Source: Octopus vulgaris (lineage: Eukaryota). Taken from it: 64,000 nucleotides of DNA. How positions within the stretch are numbered: the stretch's first letter is position 1; each line of letters begins with the position of its first letter. Location: positions 94,860,001 to 94,924,000 of the forward strand of contig OX597823.1 of the NCBI GenBank assembly GCA_951406725.2, given 5' to 3'. The position numbers and the translations under genes were made by a program. Of this stretch, positions 52,901 to 61,406 are shown in pieces. Below the pieces are notes generated by a model, which was not told the DNA's origin, searched no databases, and saw only the letters and a list, made by a program, of their open reading frames with translations.

Positions 52901-53528
52901 GTTCGGACGCTAAAAGGACAATGATGATGATGAATTCAGAAAGAGCAGATTCCTGTAAATATTAGTAGCACTGTTACAACAAACTGTAAAATGCAGCCAG
53001 TTAGTCAGTTCTGGTGTAAAGAGCTTGAAAAAGCTACAAGCATTGGTATCTTAGCAATTATTGTTAACATTCAATTTACTCTGTCAAATGTGATACTTAT
53101 CCAATCACATTGTTAATTAATCATGCATTATCTTGTAACTCTGAAACCTGAATGATGTGATTGTTTAGTTTTAGAGTGACATTGTAGGGTAGGTGTGAGA
53201 GGCTGGATCTGGTCAATTTTAACATAAAACGGGGAGAATATTTGGGCTGGATATGGTCAGTTGAAATGCTAAAGGTTTAACTTACCCCTTGAGTTCCCAT
53301 CCACAGAAGTTCTTTGGCAAGATCAAATGAGAGGGAAGACACTCCAAAATGATGAGCATCGGCCAGCACGCTGTGGGTCTCTGAAAACTGGACATCTCCG
53401 GAATTGTGATGTTCGGGCTGATACAAATTTTCAGAATATCGAGTTTCCATTAAGGAGGTGTCAATAGGAATGGCTGTACTTGTAACAACACTGTTAGGAA
53501 AACCAACAGAAACACCTGGGTATTCCAT
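517..53528 (-). CDS. PAN2: PAN2-PAN3 deadenylation complex catalytic subunit PAN2 (USP52); spliced CDS, 23 coding exons in window, 3' end runs off the window start
   Basis: Hand-spliced exons give one open frame with PAN2 signature motifs in the expected order: [168 protein letters not shown]. All junctions are GT-AG with compatible phases. Confidence 0.97.
884..1269. mobile_element. Penelope-like inverted-repeat element (arms 884-1004 and 1122-1241) around a tRNA-like SINE head
   Basis: About 120-bp inverted arms, each with a CTGATGA...GAAA core; spacer holds A-box TGGCATAATGG and B-box GAGTTCGATTCC; the terminus ...CTTAAATATAGAACTGTA recurs, inverted, at about 5899-5985. Confidence 0.65.
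929..972 (-). ncRNA. Minimal type I hammerhead ribozyme motif
   Basis: Minus strand reads ACAC-CUGAUGA-A-GGCUG-gagggtatat-CAGCC-GAAA-UA-UC-GUGU: stem I ACAC/GUGU, 5-bp stem II, near-absent palindromic stem III, AUC triplet; degenerate partner at 1156-1196 (+). Confidence 0.55.
1270..1475 (+). mobile_element. RTE LINE C-terminal fragment
   Basis: [29 protein letters not shown]...PRKTWDEV. Confidence 0.8.
2127..2281 (-). CDS. PAN2: PAN2 exon 22 ([10 protein letters not shown]...[27 protein letters not shown]), DEDD nuclease ExoI motif
   Basis: Acceptor TTCCAG, donor GTAAGG; 155 nt, phase 1 to 0; intact catalytic DAE motif. Confidence 0.96.
2981..3307 (+). mobile_element. tRNA-derived SINE, family B (further copies about 9640-9950 -, 16030-16590 +, 47497-47790 +)
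   Basis: A-box TGGCTTAGTGG, B-box GAGTTCAATTCC, then GTGTCCTTGAGCAAGACA core; dispersed copies. Confidence 0.75.
3599..3823. mobile_element. hAT-like MITE (related copies about 11819-12078, 43070-43155, 62830-62923)
   Basis: Ends CAGGGGTTTTCAACC ... GGTCAAGAACCACTG are imperfect TIRs; internal sequence is shared between copies. Confidence 0.6.
4456..4546 (-). CDS. PAN2: PAN2 exon 21 ([30 protein letters not shown])
   Basis: Acceptor TTTTCAG, donor GTGAGT; 91 nt, phase 0 to 1; EA..FDM.WK.P motif. Confidence 0.94.
4685..5898 (-). mobile_element. 5'-truncated RTE LINE with full 3'UTR and (GAT)n tail
   Basis: ORF remnants [60 protein letters not shown] run directly into the UTR containing GGAAGGGCATCC and end GGACGTTAAAC(GAT)n. 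Confidence 0.88.
6050..6545 (-). mobile_element. RTE (BovB-like) LINE 3' fragment, different family
   Basis: Translated remnants [28 protein letters not shown]....GV..YE and a C-terminal C..CGR.F. Confidence 0.65.
6945..7506 (+). mobile_element. RTE LINE 3' fragment, same family as 55760-58890
   Basis: [14 protein letters not shown]...LYGSETWCL...VRWYG; 3' end near-identical to about 58290-58890, with a (GGAT)n tail. Confidence 0.85.
7665..7873. repeat. (TA/CA)n compound microsatellite inside a family A SINE (about 7518-8058); many similar tracts elsewhere
   Basis: Dinucleotide runs that generate the [10 protein letters not shown] pseudo-ORFs. Confidence 0.95.
9264..9461 (-). CDS. PAN2: PAN2 exon 20 ([66 protein letters not shown])
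   Basis: Acceptor TTCCAG, donor GTGAGT; 198 nt, phase 0 to 0; QWYLFNDF box of the UCH fold. Confidence 0.95.
11186..11315 (-). CDS. PAN2: PAN2 exon 19 ([43 protein letters not shown])
   Basis: Acceptor CTTCAG, donor GTAAGT; 130 nt, phase 2 to 0; YVP..LRL corresponds to the WLP.SIRM segment of vertebrate PAN2 (recalled). Confidence 0.85.
12792..14300 (+). mobile_element. Tandemly reiterated RTE 3'UTR insertion (4 partial units plus tail), nested in a family C SINE
   Basis: Unit start CAAATCAAAATAGATGAACATCAATGG at about 12795, 13055, 13422 and 13815; single (GAT)n tail; flanked by TTGACA at 12786-12791 and 14301-14306. Confidence 0.85.
14466..14587 (-). CDS. PAN2: PAN2 exon 18 encoding a CCCH zinc finger ([40 protein letters not shown])
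   Basis: Not in the ORF track. Acceptor TTTTCCTAAG, donor GTGAGT; 122 nt, phase 0 to 2, which bridges exon 17 (phase 0) and exon 19 (phase 2). Confidence 0.85.
15885..15983 (-). CDS. PAN2: PAN2 exon 17 ([33 protein letters not shown])
   Basis: Acceptor TTACAG, donor GTGAGT; 99 nt, phase 0 to 0; LPD...NC and FW..Q motifs. Confidence 0.93.
16267..16517 (+). mobile_element. SINE family C inserted into a family B SINE
   Basis: 15-bp target-site duplication AATTTCACGAGCAGG at 16252-16266 and 16518-16532. Confidence 0.85.
16663..16769 (-). CDS. PAN2: PAN2 exon 16 ([35 protein letters not shown])
   Basis: Acceptor TTACAG, donor GTGAGT; 107 nt, phase 1 to 0; QAWC..C..YQ motif. Confidence 0.93.
18787..19060 (-). 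mobile_element. RTE 3'UTR-derived short element (representative of dozens of copies) inserted in a piggyBac-type MITE (about 18750-19257)
   Basis: (CAT)n-GTTTAACGTCC...GGATGCCCTTCC; ATCAAATATT duplicated at 18777-18786 and 19058-19067. Confidence 0.85.
19410..19558 (-). CDS. PAN2: PAN2 exon 15 ([49 protein letters not shown])
   Basis: Acceptor TCTTAG, donor GTCAGT; 149 nt, phase 2 to 1; QLF..EME....CRCG.ET.R and LSYP motifs. Confidence 0.92.
22825..23012 (-). CDS. PAN2: PAN2 exon 14, divergent insertion ([62 protein letters not shown])
   Basis: Not in the ORF track. Open 188-nt non-repeat segment between a TTTCAG acceptor and a GTAAAG donor; its phase 0 to 2 is exactly what joins exon 13 (ends phase 0) to exon 15 (starts phase 2). 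Confidence 0.8.
23930..24670. mobile_element. Foldback/MITE-like element with roughly 290-330 bp inverted arms
   Basis: 23930-24220 is the reverse complement of 24342-24670 (e.g. GAAAATTCTTGATCAACAAA / TTTGTTGATCAAGAATTTTC; CACATCCGATCTGGTACA / TGTACCAGATCGGATGTG; GAGCAAATGACTAAACTAGAAA / TTTCTAGTTTAGTCATTTGCTC). Confidence 0.85.
24872..25027. mobile_element. Tc1/mariner-type MITE
   Basis: TA-CCATATTTTAACGTGTATAAG ... CTTATACACATTAAAATAC-TA imperfect TIRs flanked by TA. Confidence 0.55.
26281..27558 (-). mobile_element. RTE LINE 3' end of a subfamily with a long (about 1.1 kb) 3'UTR
   Basis: ORF end [25 protein letters not shown] at about 27410-27540; internal duplicated block (about 27005-27150 vs 27243-27378); GGAAGGGCATCC motif and tail at about 26281-26440. 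Confidence 0.65.
28335..29040 (-). mobile_element. RTE LINE reverse-transcriptase fragment
   Basis: [21 protein letters not shown]...[11 protein letters not shown]; [10 protein letters not shown] (degenerate YADD); [12 protein letters not shown]. Confidence 0.85.
29060..29898 (+). mobile_element. Second tandem RTE 3'UTR insertion, near-identical to about 13420-14300, inside a (TA)n tract
   Basis: Units begin at about 29147 and 29466; terminal segment matches 14040-14300 almost base for base. Confidence 0.85.
30053..30202 (-). CDS. PAN2: PAN2 exon 13 ([21 protein letters not shown]...[16 protein letters not shown])
   Basis: Acceptor TTGCAG, donor GTATGT; 150 nt, phase 0 to 0. Confidence 0.95.
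32366..32494 (-). CDS. PAN2: PAN2 exon 12 ([43 protein letters not shown])
   Basis: Acceptor TTGCAG, donor GTATCA; 129 nt, phase 0 to 0. Confidence 0.96.
34782..35712. repeat. 26-bp minisatellite (consensus TGGCACCAGCACCAGTGGTTTTCATG) with higher-order periodicity
   Basis: About 35 tandem monomers; a recurring order of monomer variants gives mostly 5-monomer (about 130 bp) blocks. Confidence 0.92.
36040..36197 (-). CDS. PAN2: PAN2 exon 11 ([52 protein letters not shown]), start of pseudo-UCH domain
   Basis: Acceptor CTACAG, donor GTCAGT; 158 nt, phase 1 to 0. Confidence 0.96.
36690..36853 (-). CDS. PAN2: PAN2 exon 10 ([35 protein letters not shown]...SNGR)
   Basis: Acceptor ATTTAG, donor GTATAA; 164 nt, phase 2 to 1; LRTMK....GYAPNP....NQ.PY motif. 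Confidence 0.92.
37448..37669. mobile_element. piggyBac-type MITE
   Basis: TTAA at 37444-37447 and 37670-37673; TIRs CCCTTTTGTTACCA / TGGTAATGAAAGGG. Confidence 0.85.
38227..38354 (-). CDS. PAN2: PAN2 exon 9 ([42 protein letters not shown]), PAN3-interacting linker region
   Basis: Acceptor ACTCAG, donor GTCAGT; 128 nt, phase 0 to 2; LLSDWPA motif. Confidence 0.93.
38767..39209 (+). mobile_element. tRNA-derived SINE, family A (copies also about 4210-4447, 7518-8058, 31700-32030 -, 52088-52465, 59313-59677 -)
   Basis: A-box TGGCTGTGTGG, B-box GGTTCAGTCC, CORE-like ACCTTGGGCAAGT in most copies, internal (TA)n and conserved ...GACTGAAACAAGTAAAAG end. Confidence 0.8.
39539..39615 (-). CDS. PAN2: PAN2 exon 8 ([25 protein letters not shown])
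   Basis: Acceptor TTGAAG after a T-rich tract, donor GTGAGT; 77 nt, phase 1 to 0. Confidence 0.9.
39736..39948 (+). mobile_element. SINE family C (many copies, e.g. 8925-9155, 12307-12520, 12537-12772, 25740-25947 -, 40323-40545, 44860-45080, 51040-51256 -, 54063-54275 -)
   Basis: GGCGAGCTGGCAGAA head, B-box-like GAGTTCAAATTC, central GCCTTTCATCCTTTCGGGGTCGATAAATTAAGTACC resembling the conserved Meta-SINE domain (recalled, not searched). Confidence 0.78.
39965..40280 (-). mobile_element. R4/Dong-like non-LTR retrotransposon fragment (restriction-like endonuclease C-terminus)
   Basis: Translates [12 protein letters not shown]...[30 protein letters not shown]...[19 protein letters not shown]. 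Confidence 0.75.
41131..41272 (-). CDS. PAN2: PAN2 exon 7 (VGHFQVLD...[16 protein letters not shown])
   Basis: Acceptor TTGCAG, donor GTGAGT; 142 nt, phase 0 to 1. Confidence 0.94.
41956..42100 (-). CDS. PAN2: PAN2 exon 6 ([48 protein letters not shown])
   Basis: Acceptor CCTCAG, donor GTAAGT; 145 nt, phase 2 to 0. Confidence 0.94.
42233..42442. mobile_element. piggyBac-type MITE, second copy of 37448-37669
   Basis: TTAA at 42229-42232 and 42443-42446; CCCTTTCGTT / AACGAAAGGG ends; near-identical interior. Confidence 0.85.
42748..42866 (-). CDS. PAN2: PAN2 exon 5 ([39 protein letters not shown])
   Basis: Acceptor TTTCAG, donor GTAAAC; 119 nt, phase 0 to 2. Confidence 0.94.
43215..43420 (-). 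mobile_element. RTE LINE RT N-terminal fragment fused directly to a 3' tail
   Basis: [21 protein letters not shown]...[21 protein letters not shown]...LQFGF. Confidence 0.8.
45195..45272 (-). CDS. PAN2: PAN2 exon 4 ([26 protein letters not shown])
   Basis: Acceptor TTATAG, donor GTATGT; 78 nt, phase 0 to 0. Confidence 0.92.
46611..46731 (-). CDS. PAN2: PAN2 exon 3 ([40 protein letters not shown])
   Basis: Acceptor TTTTCAG, donor GTGAGT; 121 nt, phase 2 to 0. Confidence 0.93.
48257..48972 (+). mobile_element. Penelope-like pseudo-LTR array: inverted copy 48257-48438, truncated direct copy 48443-48610, longer copy 48611-48972
   Basis: The block ending GTTGGCAAACAATCTTTACTCCA occurs three times, once inverted; the longest copy carries a hammerhead motif; the array interrupts a family C SINE. 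Confidence 0.75.
48731..48775 (+). ncRNA. Type I hammerhead ribozyme motif
   Basis: TCTGTG-CTGATGA-AGG-gaaacaa-CCT-G-GAAA-TC-gt-GA-TA-CACAGA: perfect 6-bp stem I, 3-bp stem II with one extra G, short stem III, AUA triplet with predicted cut after 48769. Confidence 0.65.
49161..49435. mobile_element. hAT MITE
   Basis: TIRs (A)AGTGGTTCCCAAA / TTTGGGAACCACTG with 8-bp TSD ATTTAGAT at 49153-49160 and 49436-49443. Confidence 0.88.
49533..49702 (-). CDS. PAN2: PAN2 exon 2 ([28 protein letters not shown]...FDY)
   Basis: Acceptor TTCTCCAG, donor GTGTGT; 170 nt, phase 0 to 2; conserved GH.TS..G..LE.Y.SFQV motif. Confidence 0.92.
53050..53276. mobile_element. piggyBac-type MITE, second family (copies about 18750-19257, 42447-42645, 45631-46022)
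   Basis: Shared interior AATTAATCATGCATTATCT...GACATTGTAGGGTAGGTGTGAGAG; right end AAATGCTAAAGGT followed by TTAA. Confidence 0.7.
53286..53528 (-). CDS. PAN2: PAN2 coding exon 1 (MEYPGVSVG...ELLWMGTQG); exon begins about 53537 after a TTGCAG acceptor, implying an upstream 5'UTR exon
   Basis: ATG at 53528-53526; 243 nt, phase 0; donor GTAAGT; [11 protein letters not shown] matches the PAN2 N-terminal WD40 blade. Confidence 0.88.
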
Positions 53529-55107
53529 CAACTATACCTGCAATTTGAGGGAAAAAAAAAGAAATTGGGAATTGGTAATCGTTATATTGAAGTAGTTGAT
53601 GTATGTTGTATTTATGTTGGGTGGTTGATTTCTAGAATCATGCCTTTACATTGTTTAGAGAGAAGATAAGAGAGAGAGTTAACACAAGAGGAGCAGGATG
53701 AGTGCACATACTAGGCTTGATGGCATGTAATGAGTAAAAAAAATGATAAACACACACATACAGAATGAGGGAGAAAGGATCATAGAGGAAGAGAGGAAGG
53801 AGTGAAGGACAGAGTATTTATGGAAGGCATTATACAAATGAGAAATAAGAAGTTTTCTGTAGAGAGAAGAGTCCAACAGTAACCATCATAGTTATGTTTG
53901 AATCTGCCAAAGTTCATTAAGAATGAATACGTAAGTCAATATTTTGCTTTCATCATCATCATTTAATGTCTGCTTTCCATGCTGGCATGGGTTGGACGGA
54001 CTGACTGAGGACTGGTGAGCCAGAAGGCTGCACCAGGTTACAAATCTGATCTGGCAATGTTTCTTATTTCTTTATTGACCACATGGGGCTAAACATAGAC
54101 AAACAAGGACAGACAAAGGAATTAAGTTGATTACATCGACACCAGTGTGTAACTGGTACTTAATTTATCGACCCCGAAAGGATGAAAGGCAAAGTTGACC
54201 TCGGCAGAATTTGAACTCAGAACATAATGGAAGATGAAATACTGCTAAGCATTTTGCCCGGTGTGCTAACATTTCTACAGCTGGATGCCCTTCCTAATGC
54301 CAACCACTCTGAGAGTGTAGTGGGTGCTTTTTACATGCCACCGGCATGGGAGGCAGTCAGGGGGCACTGGTGTCATTATTTAATTTTATTTTAAGGTAAT
54401 TAATAATAGTTTCAAATTTTGGCAGAAGGCCAGCAATTTCAGGGTGAGGGGTAAGTCAGTTACATTGACCCCAGTGTTCAGTTGGTACTTCTTATTTCAC
54501 TGACCCCGAGAAAATGAAAAACAAAGTCAGCCTCGACAGAATTTGAACTCAGTAAATAAAGCGGGACAAAATAACACTGTGCATTTTGTCAGTGTGCTGA
54601 CGATTCTGACAGCTTGCTGCCTTTAAGATGATAAATATTTATTAATTTGAAACATGTATTCATTTCATCATTTTGTACAAGCACCAAGAAATTTGATCAA
54701 AGTTCAATGGTGATTATTGTGTAGGCCATATTTTCTGACAACCCATGGTGGCAAAAGTATATGACTAAAGTCACCTGTCATATGACAGGTAACATTCCAG
54801 TAAGTGTTAGACCAAAACAAATTTGAACCTAGCACCACTTGCTCTAGAAAATGATTTTGCTCAGTGTGTAGTAATGGAACTAAGTAGGAACTTGATATTA
54901 TGTGTTTAGGGAAGGTACTGGGCAGACACAGAACCAAAAGCTTTACATCATTTGATACAAGAGTTATTGAAAAGAGGAACTGTTTCTTGGGAATGTAGAG
55001 ATGAGCATTTATTTATTTATCTTTTACTTGTTTCAGTCATTAGACTGCTGCCATGCTGGGGCACTACTTTGAAAAAGTTTAGTTGCAGAAATCAACCAGT
55101 TGTAACT

Positions 55108-55266
55108 AGTGCCAGTGACACATAAAAGTCACTTGTGCCAGTGACACGTAAAAGTCACTTGTGCCAGTGACATGTAAAAGTCACTTGTGCCAGTGACACG
55201 TAAAAGGCACTTGTGCCAGTGACATGTAAGAGGCACTTATGCCAGTGACACATAAAAGGCACTTGT
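55108..55266. repeat. 26-bp tandem repeat, about 6 copies of GTGCCAGTGACACGTAAAAGTCACTT
   Basis: Directly visible tandem units. Confidence 0.9.
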
Positions 55267-55759
55267 CTTCTATCCACACTGCTAGTCATGTTGCCCAGAA
55301 CAAACAAAGACACTGCAGAGCAGTGAGGACTAATCTTTTGTCTGGTAACTAACAGAATAACCTCACCAGTGCTGGTGCCACAATTAAATGCACCAAGTCA
55401 AGTAGTGGGTGAATGAGTGGAGAAAATGGAAGGTTGAGATCTTTTAGTTTTCATCATCATCATCGTTTAACATCCGCTTTCCATGCTGGCATGGGTTGGA
55501 CAGTTTGACTGAGGACTGGCAAGCCAAGAGGCTGCACCAAGCTCCAGTCTGATCTGGCAAGGTTTCTACAGCTGGATGCTCTTCCTAACACCAACCACTC
55601 TGAGAGTGTAGCGGGTGCTTTTTACATGCCACCAGCACAAGGCCCAGTCAGGCAGCACTGGCTTCAACCAAGCTTGAATGGTGCTATTTACATGCCAAGA
55701 CGTGACAACTAACAACTCTTCTAGTGTTGGTACCATGACAAAATACAACTGATATAGTG

Positions 55760-58700
55760 TTAAGTGGATGGTTGTAGGATGGGTACCTAGTCATAGAAAC
55801 CAAGCCCAAAAGGGAAGAGATAAGTGAGGTGTGGCCATCCAATACGTCAAGAATAAAAACTGATCTGTTACAAGTGGGACAAAAAGGTATGGAGATCCAT
55901 GATTGCTTATGACTGTAGGTAAGGCATATGAAGATGACCAATGGCCTGAGGAGAAGCTTGGGGTGAGGCTGGGAAGTCGGAATGTGGGGCAGTCTGTGTG
56001 AGGAATCAAGGAAGAGGCAGGTGGATGTGTGCTGTGTGCAGGAGGCTAGGTGGAGGGGCCATAGTACAAGATATGTGAGGGTCAAGGGAAGAAGGTATAA
56101 GTTGTGGTGGTCAGGAAATAGCAAGGGGACTGGAGGTGTTGGAGTTTAGGTGAAGGAAGAAATCAGTGAGAAGGTGGTGGAGGTCAGGAGAAAGAGTGAC
56201 CACAGTGGTGTTAGCATTTGAGGAAGAAGTGGTGAGGGTGATTTGTGGGTATGGTCTGCAAAGTGGAAGAGGGATCACTGAGAAAGGGTAGTTCTTTGAT
56301 GAAATGGCAAATGAGTGGGACTTACAAAAGGTAGATGAATTGGTTTTGGACATGTTGGGGAAATGGATCCAGGACTTTGAGGGGAAATGGAATTGGAGAG
56401 AGAAATTCAGAAGGAAGGATGCTGCTGGAGTTTTGCAATTGAGAAACAATTGTGTGTGGTGAATATGTGGTCGAGGAAAAGAGAGAAAAGGAAAGTGACT
56501 TTCAGTGCAGGAGGGAATGAGACAGATTGATTTTGTGTTGGTTGGCAGGAAAAAGAGAAAATATCTGAGAGATGTGAAGACAATACCAGGGGGAGTTGCA
56601 GCACAGGTTGGTGATTGCTGACTTGGATAAGAGGGAAGTTAAAATGTGTGAGAGAAAGGGAACGGTTGAGAGGAGGAAGGTGTGGAAACTGAAGGAAGAA
56701 GAAACAAGAGTAAGGTTTGAGGAGAGAGTTAGGGAGTTGGTAAGCAATGATGCACCGGATGTGTGGAAGTCCTTTAAAGAAGGAGTACTAAAGGGATGTG
56801 ACATAGTGTGTGGAAAGACGAAGGGTAGGAGGGATTTAGGAGATACGTGGTGGTGGAATGAGGAGGTGAGGGATGCGATAGCGAGGAAGGAGGAGGCACA
56901 CAAAGCTTTATGTAATAATAGGACTGAGCAAATGAAAGCCAGGTATAATAGCATGAAGAATCGTGCAAAGAGGGTGGTTGTGAGATCTCTGTGGAAGGAG
57001 GCTGAGGAGAAGTTGAGTGGGCTGGATGAGAACCTAGATAATGTTTAGGTTTATTAAATCAATGAAAAAAGATGGAAGAGATGTTGAGGGAGGAAGATGC
57101 ATGAGGGGGAGTGATGGAAGGTTGAATTTTAGTGAGAAGGACAGAGGAAGAGTTTGGAAGGTGCATATGGAGGGAATTATGAATGGGATCAGAGGATGGA
57201 AGTTGTTGTGGTGAAGGGGCCAGTGGAGAGGGTTAGTTGAGAAGTAGTGGAGGCAATGAAGGAAATGAAAAGAGGATAGGTCCATCAGAAGTAAGTGTGG
57301 AAATGATAACTGCAAGTGGAGAGATAGGGATTGTTGTGATGATGGAGCTCTGCCAGGGCGTGCTGGATGGAAGAGGAATGCCAGATGATTGGGCACTAAG
57401 TGTGGAGGTACCGATCTTCAAGGGAAAAGGGGATGTGATGAGTTGTGGAGCAAATAGAGGAGTAAAGCTATTGGAATATGCAATGAAGATAGGGGAAAGG
57501 GTGTCGGAGAGGAGAATTTGGAAGGGATGGATGTGGATGAGATGCAATTTGGTTTTATGCCAGGAAGGGGGACAATAGATGCAATGTTCATTGTAAGGAG
57601 ATTGCAAGAAGAATACTGAAATAAGGAGTTGTACATTTGGTTTGTTGATCTGGAGAAGGCATTTGATAGGGTTCCATAGAAAGTGATTGAGTGGACATTG
57701 AGGAAGAGAAGTGAACTAGGGGTCATAGCGAGGCCAGTGATGAATTTGTATGAGGGGGTAAAGTCAAGAGTTAGAGATGGACCAGAGCTGTTGGAAGAGT
57801 TTGCAGTGAAAGTTGGTGTGTATCAGATCAGGGATCTGTGTTGTCACCATCGTTGTTTGCAATAGTGGTTGATGTGGTGTTGGAGAGTGCAAGATGATGG
57901 AGATACTGTATGTAGATGAGCTTGTTCTGATGAGTGAGACAATGGAGGGATTGAGGGAGAAGTTTTGGAAATGGAAGGAGGTGTTTGAAAGCAAGGGTTT
58001 GAAGGTGTACCTTGGGAAGACAAAGGTGATGGTGAGCAGGGTGGAAGGAGAAGTGTTAGTGAATAAAGTGGATCCAAATGGTGTATGCGGGAGGAGGGTA
58101 ATGGCAAATGTGATGTTGTGTACGAGATGTGAGAAATGGATTCCTGGTAGATGTATGTAAATGAAGAAGGTGACCCCAAGACTGGCAAGAGAGTTTGTGG
58201 AAGATGTCAGAAAGGAGCTGGAGGGCTGGCAAAGTCAGTGGAAACACTATGTGATGAGGTGGAGATGGTGAAAGTGTTTTGTTATTTGGGAGATAGGGTG
58301 GATGTGAAGCAGCTGTGACAGCAAGAGCGGGACTTGGCTGGGTGAAGTTCTGGGAATGTGGAGTGTTGTTACATGGGAAAAGGTTCTCATTGAAGATGAA
58401 AGAAGAGGTCTAGAGGAGTTGTGTGAGAGCTGCAATGCTGTATGGGAGTGAGACATGGTGTCTGAGCGAGAGAGTGATGGCAATTTTGAGAAGGAATGAG
58501 AGAACAATGGTGAGAGAAATGTGTGGGGTGAAGCTGTTTGATAAGAGGAGGACTGAGGACTTGATGGGGATGCTGGGTTTGGAGGAATTGGTGGAATGGT
58601 TGGCAAGGGTGAATGGAGTGAGGTGGTATGGGCATGTGTTGAGGAGGGATGAGGAGCTTGTTCTGAAGAGGGTGAATGTGTTGGAGGTAAATGGACAGCG

Positions 58701-58890
58701 AAAGCCAGGTGGACTGTAGAAAATGTGGAGAGGACAGAAGGAGGAGGAGATTGGGAGGGTTGGCTTGAGAAGGGAGGAATGCCCAATACTGGGCAAGATG
58801 ATGTGAGGGTGGTTGCTATGGCATTGAGGTAGATCTGGCCACTCCTTTTAACGAGGACAAAACCTGAATTCAAAGTGATGGATGATGATG
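55760..58890 (+). mobile_element. Near full-length decayed RTE LINE (APE endonuclease plus RT), antisense to PAN2 in the presumed 5'UTR intron
   Basis: NVG..VDVCCVQEARWRG (APE), [82 protein letters not shown]; many stops and frameshifts; (GAT)n tail. Confidence 0.92.
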
Positions 58891-61406
58891 AAAGAGAGAG
58901 AGAGAGGAAGAAAGTGAATGGAAAGAAAAGGAAAGACAGCAATACATGACAACATTATTCCATCCAGAAGATGGGACTGTGAAGGTTTAGTAACGTTAAT
59001 GATGAATTCAGGAATTTTACAATTCAAAACAAATTGCAAAGAATTCACATAAAAATATACGAAAAAATAAAAAGGGATCTTAGTAAAATAACACTGTTGT
59101 GCAAATAAATAAATGTAAACACTTAAGTATAAACAAGAGTCCCAGGAGTGAAAGTACAGCAATATAATTTGTTGCTAATAGGCTTTATAAATTGTTGTTC
59201 TCTGAGTAGAAGCAATTAAAACTGATCTCACTACTTTACTGAAACTTATTTTGACATTAACCCTGGCGAGATGAAAAGCAAAGTCTACAACTTTGGGGTG
59301 CAAGCTCAGATCTTTTATCTTTCACTTGCTTCAGTCACTTGACTGTGGCCTTGCAGGGGCACCACCTCGAAGAATTTTAGTCAAACGAATTGACTACAGT
59401 GCTTATTGTGGTTACTCCTTAAAGTCAGGTACTTATTCTATCAGTCTCAGTTGCTGAACTGCCAAGTCATGGGGTACAAGCACAGACACAATGACATACA
59501 TAAATACCTATATACACAAGTCTTCTTAAAGTTTCCATCTACCAAATCCACTTACAAGGATTTGGTCAGCCTGAGTCTATGGTAGAAGACACTTGGGCAA
59601 AGTGCCACACAGTGGGACTGAACTCGGAACCATGTGGTTGGGAAGCAAACTTTTTACCACACAGCCATGCCTGCACCTATATGTTGAACCCTAAATATCA
59701 ATAGGTACTTGGTATGTTGCTCTATTTCTTCTTGCCACCCGAACCTTTCCTTTTAATTAATGGATTTAATTTTTTTTTAACGAAGCAAAAATGGCCAATA
59801 ATTGCAGTTAAACTTGTATTATAATAAAGCAGAAAAGTTATAATGATGTTCAAAAGTCATTAGCTGGGATTTAATTAAACTTTGAACAATATCAAAGTCA
59901 ATAGGCAGAATGCTAAAAAACAGTGGAATATGGAACCAAATGCTTTGTTACAACGTGGCTCCTAGCTTTACTGAATACAACCCATGCTGTAATAGAATTT
60001 GTATCACATCTAAAATCGATAATAATAATGATGATATTTTGGAGTCGATTTGATTGATCGATTATACCTGCCCACTCTAAAGGAATTGGTCTTGTAGTTG
60101 GTTAGAAGAAAGGAAGGCCGACTTTCGGAACAGATACCACTACCTCATGAAGAAGAAATTAGAACTGAGATGGGTAAGAGAGCAAAAATGAAAAAAAAAA
60201 ATTGAATTTTTTGGGAAAAAATTCTTTGAGAATCGTAATTCCCGGAGCATTGAAACACAGGAATAGTAAAATAATGAAGGAAACAAACACCCAATTTCTT
60301 GCTCTTTTCCCTACTCCATGAAATAATGATAGCTATTCCGAAAGTCCGTCGAAAAACTATGAGGTGCCCGATAAGAAACATGTAGAAAGCGGGGAGATAG
60401 TAAAACGTCGATATGAATGTATCAATAGAGATATTGTTGCGTCCGTTTCAGTTCTAAGTTCAAATCCCGCTGATGTATATACTTGGCCTATCATACTTTT
60501 GCGGATGGGTGCGGGTGGAGCCGATAAGTGTCACTAACATAACTTGTTCACCTTCGCAAAGTTGGCCTTGTGCAGTCCTCAAAAGCAAACCAAAACAAAA
60601 ATATTGAAGTAGATGCAAAACTTTTGATAAAAGGCGGATGTGGCGTCTGACAGTTCGTAGCTCTGTTTAAAAAATAGAAGGGAAAGAGAGAAGGAAATAA
60701 TAATGATAAAAAACCAAAAACACTTGAAATGAAACGTTTTACTCCACATGTTGATGTTTGTTTAACTCCTTGCAAACATATGGAGCGAGTGACGAGGATG
60801 GGAACGGCGGTGGATTTAGAAAGTGGTGGCCACTTTAAATAATAAAGAATTAAACAAAAACAGAGATAAGAGTATATTTGATCGATAAGATGAAAATGGG
60901 ATTCAATAACTGAAAAACAATCACCATATCATCTTGCTATATCGTTTTATAAATATATAAAGAAGTTGTGGGTTATTTTTATAAGTTAGAGAATAAATAA
61001 TTTTTATGAAGAAAAATGCCCAAAACTGGGAAGACTATAAAAATAGCTGTTGCTCTGAAATAATAATTTATTAGTGGCGGGGCAAAAACAGTAAATAAAT
61101 GTACAGCTTCTTTTTACAAGCGCCAATCCTAATTTTCTGTTGACGAGAATATTCTACCTGAGAATAATAATTCAAGTGAGAGTCATGCTTTCGAACAAGG
61201 AGACTCGAAAGTTAAACTAATACATTGATGAAATAATAAATAAACAGAATAAAAAATACGAATAAAAACAAACATGCGGATAAGGAGGGATTATATAAAA
61301 TAAGAACGGATTATATAAAATAAACATTGTACTAAAAGTTCAACGGGAATATACACACACACACATATGACTTATATATATAAATGGTATTCTTTTTTTT
61401 ACTTAC

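Noticed and set aside
55760-58890. Possible active or domesticated LINE
   Set aside because: Numerous stops and frameshifts, and the catalytic YADD is changed to YVDE
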